Shown here piece by piece: positions 62,421 to 64,000 of a stretch of DNA of 64,000 nucleotides. The notes under the pieces are model-generated. The model ran no database searches. It saw only the letters and a program-made list of their open reading frames with translations, and had not been told where the DNA came from. Each line of letters begins with the position of its first letter. The stretch's first letter is position 1. Source of the stretch: Chrysomallon squamiferum (taxonomy: Eukaryota > Animalia > Mollusca). Both the position numbers and the translations under genes were made by a program. The stretch lies in assembly GCA_012295275.1 (NCBI GenBank), contig CM022675.1, positions 5,642,001-5,706,000 on the forward strand, given 5' to 3'.

Positions 62421-62510
62421 TTTTGTGCACTTTGTACCCGGTTATTACCCTGACAGAATTTAGAGAGATTAATAGTCGGGCAACGGTTACTTTTGGGTTT
62501 ATTTTGTTCG

Positions 62511-62546
<36 letters not shown>

Positions 62547-63827
62547 ACTAATAAATCTGTTCCATCAACGTATTCGAAATCTATTACAATTAAGTGAGAA
62601 AATTAATCAGCTGAAGTGAAAACTATTTATAATGTATATAAATAAAAGATTATAATTTATGACTGAAGAAATAATAATTTTATATTGCAAAGTTGTATGA
62701 AAACAAGTATGAAGTTTTTATGAACAGTTTAATCCTTTATCTACGATTTCTCGTTAAATTGACAGAACTGAGGCGCATTAAATCATTTTCGAAATGCTCT
62801 ACACAAAACTTATCGTCTCGGATTTCGAATGTTTAGGAACTTTTATTGGAATGTAAGCTGAATCTCCGAAAGAAGGGTTTCTGCACATAGCCTACATTTT
62901 TTTATCTACATTGTTTTGTTTTCTAATATTACTGATTTTGTTTTATTTTCAATATATTCTTTGAGACCAAGTACCTATAATATGGAACAGAACACAGATA
63001 AATTTTAATTCATTCTTGCTGAAACTACCCAGACTTTATTTATCAAAGTTTTTCTCGTCGAGGCGTCTCGCAATGTGTGGTTGCTATGGACATCATTGCT
63101 GAACACAAGGCCAAACTTCCAAAGCAGTTTATCTCAATTCATGATTCTGAGAAATTCACCTTTTTACAACACTAAAAATACCATTGCTAGTTCAATCTTC
63201 ATTGTAATTAACAAACATTACAGTGATAATCTCTGTACGAAAAGTGAATTAATGTCACGTTTCTGATTTTGTAAGCAAAGTAAACTGACTGATCTGCCTA
63301 TCGTTTTGATTTTTTATTTAAATTACACGATACATGTAAACAATCAGAATTAATAATTATGTAGATATTAAATATTTTTATTTTAAATATATTAATGGTA
63401 AACATTTTTGTATTTACCATTAAAACTGTTTTTTAAACGACAGACTCGACTGTCAGTGGACTCAGTATCACACAGTTTGAGTGTGAAAGTGACAAACCGC
63501 ACCCGCATGACCTATAATTAATATTACATGAAAATACAGTGTCATAATATAAAAAATGAAACTAAATATGAAGAGACAAATTAAATACACCCTTACCTCC
63601 AAAATAGAAGCTATTAACTAACCAATTCTTTCTAGTTTTTTTCATTTTAATTTGCGTTGCGACTGCCGCCTAACAACAAGACGCCATCTTAGTCGCATGA
63701 TTTCAGATCATGTGAACCCTCGAGATTATTATTTTGTGTACTTTGTACTCGGTTATTATCTTGACAGAATTTAGAGAGATTGATAGTCGGGCAACGGTTA
63801 TCTTTTGTTTGTTTTTTGTTCGGGTTT

Positions 63828-63834
63828 TGTGTGT

Positions 63835-63915
<81 letters not shown>
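63828..63915. repeat. (GT)n microsatellite within the 1.3-kb tandem unit; shorter equivalent at 62511-62545
   Basis: Directly visible. Confidence 0.95.
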
Positions 63916-63916
<1 letters not shown>

Positions 63917-64000
63917 AATAATAAGTCTGTTCCATCAAGCTATCAGAAAGCTATTACAATTTAGTGAGAAAATTAATCAGCTGAAGTGAAAACTATTTAT

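Larger units (their letters stand above)
60250..64000. repeat. Degenerate tandem array of ~1.25-1.3 kb units; related pieces at 1-285, 34395-34600 and 35080-35700
   Basis: aaaacaagtatgaagtttttatgaacagtttaatcc at 61447 and 62700; cagtggactcagtatcacacagtttgag at 62143 and 63454; tgattctgagaaattc-like blocks at ~60740, 61868, 63142 and 35500. Confidence 0.88.

Overview
AT-rich, microsatellite-laden eukaryotic (animal, probably molluscan/lophotrochozoan; inference) genomic DNA with spliceosomal introns and one 200-N scaffold gap (20889-21088). The window is dominated by a ~20 kb segmental duplication (about 330-20881 versus 35720-57029). Each copy carries a decayed hAT transposase, a decayed intronless virus-like ORF block, and a minus-strand NLR-like gene: short acidic N-terminal exons, a RHIM-like motif exon, a STAND-type NTPase (nSTAND3-like), and a very long single-exon ankyrin array. 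Copy 1 is intact (5 exons, 2080 aa by my splice model). Copy 2 has an in-frame TTG>TAG nonsense change that splits the NTPase from the ankyrin array. Between the copies is a plus-strand multi-exon gene with SRCR domains, a truncated ZP-C segment, a furin site and a TM helix (DMBT1-like). The most striking features are: (i) the ankyrin arrays are 198-bp two-repeat scaffolds with hypervariable, aromatic/Cys/His-rich loop inserts at one fixed position, differing within and between paralogs; (ii) there is a RHIM-like exon in place of a folded N-terminal effector domain; (iii) duplicated phase-1 exon cassettes and tandem promoter/first-exon-like units lie upstream of copy 2; (iv) a 61-bp minisatellite multiplies an SRCR splice donor. 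All domain calls come from motif recognition by eye; no database searches were run.
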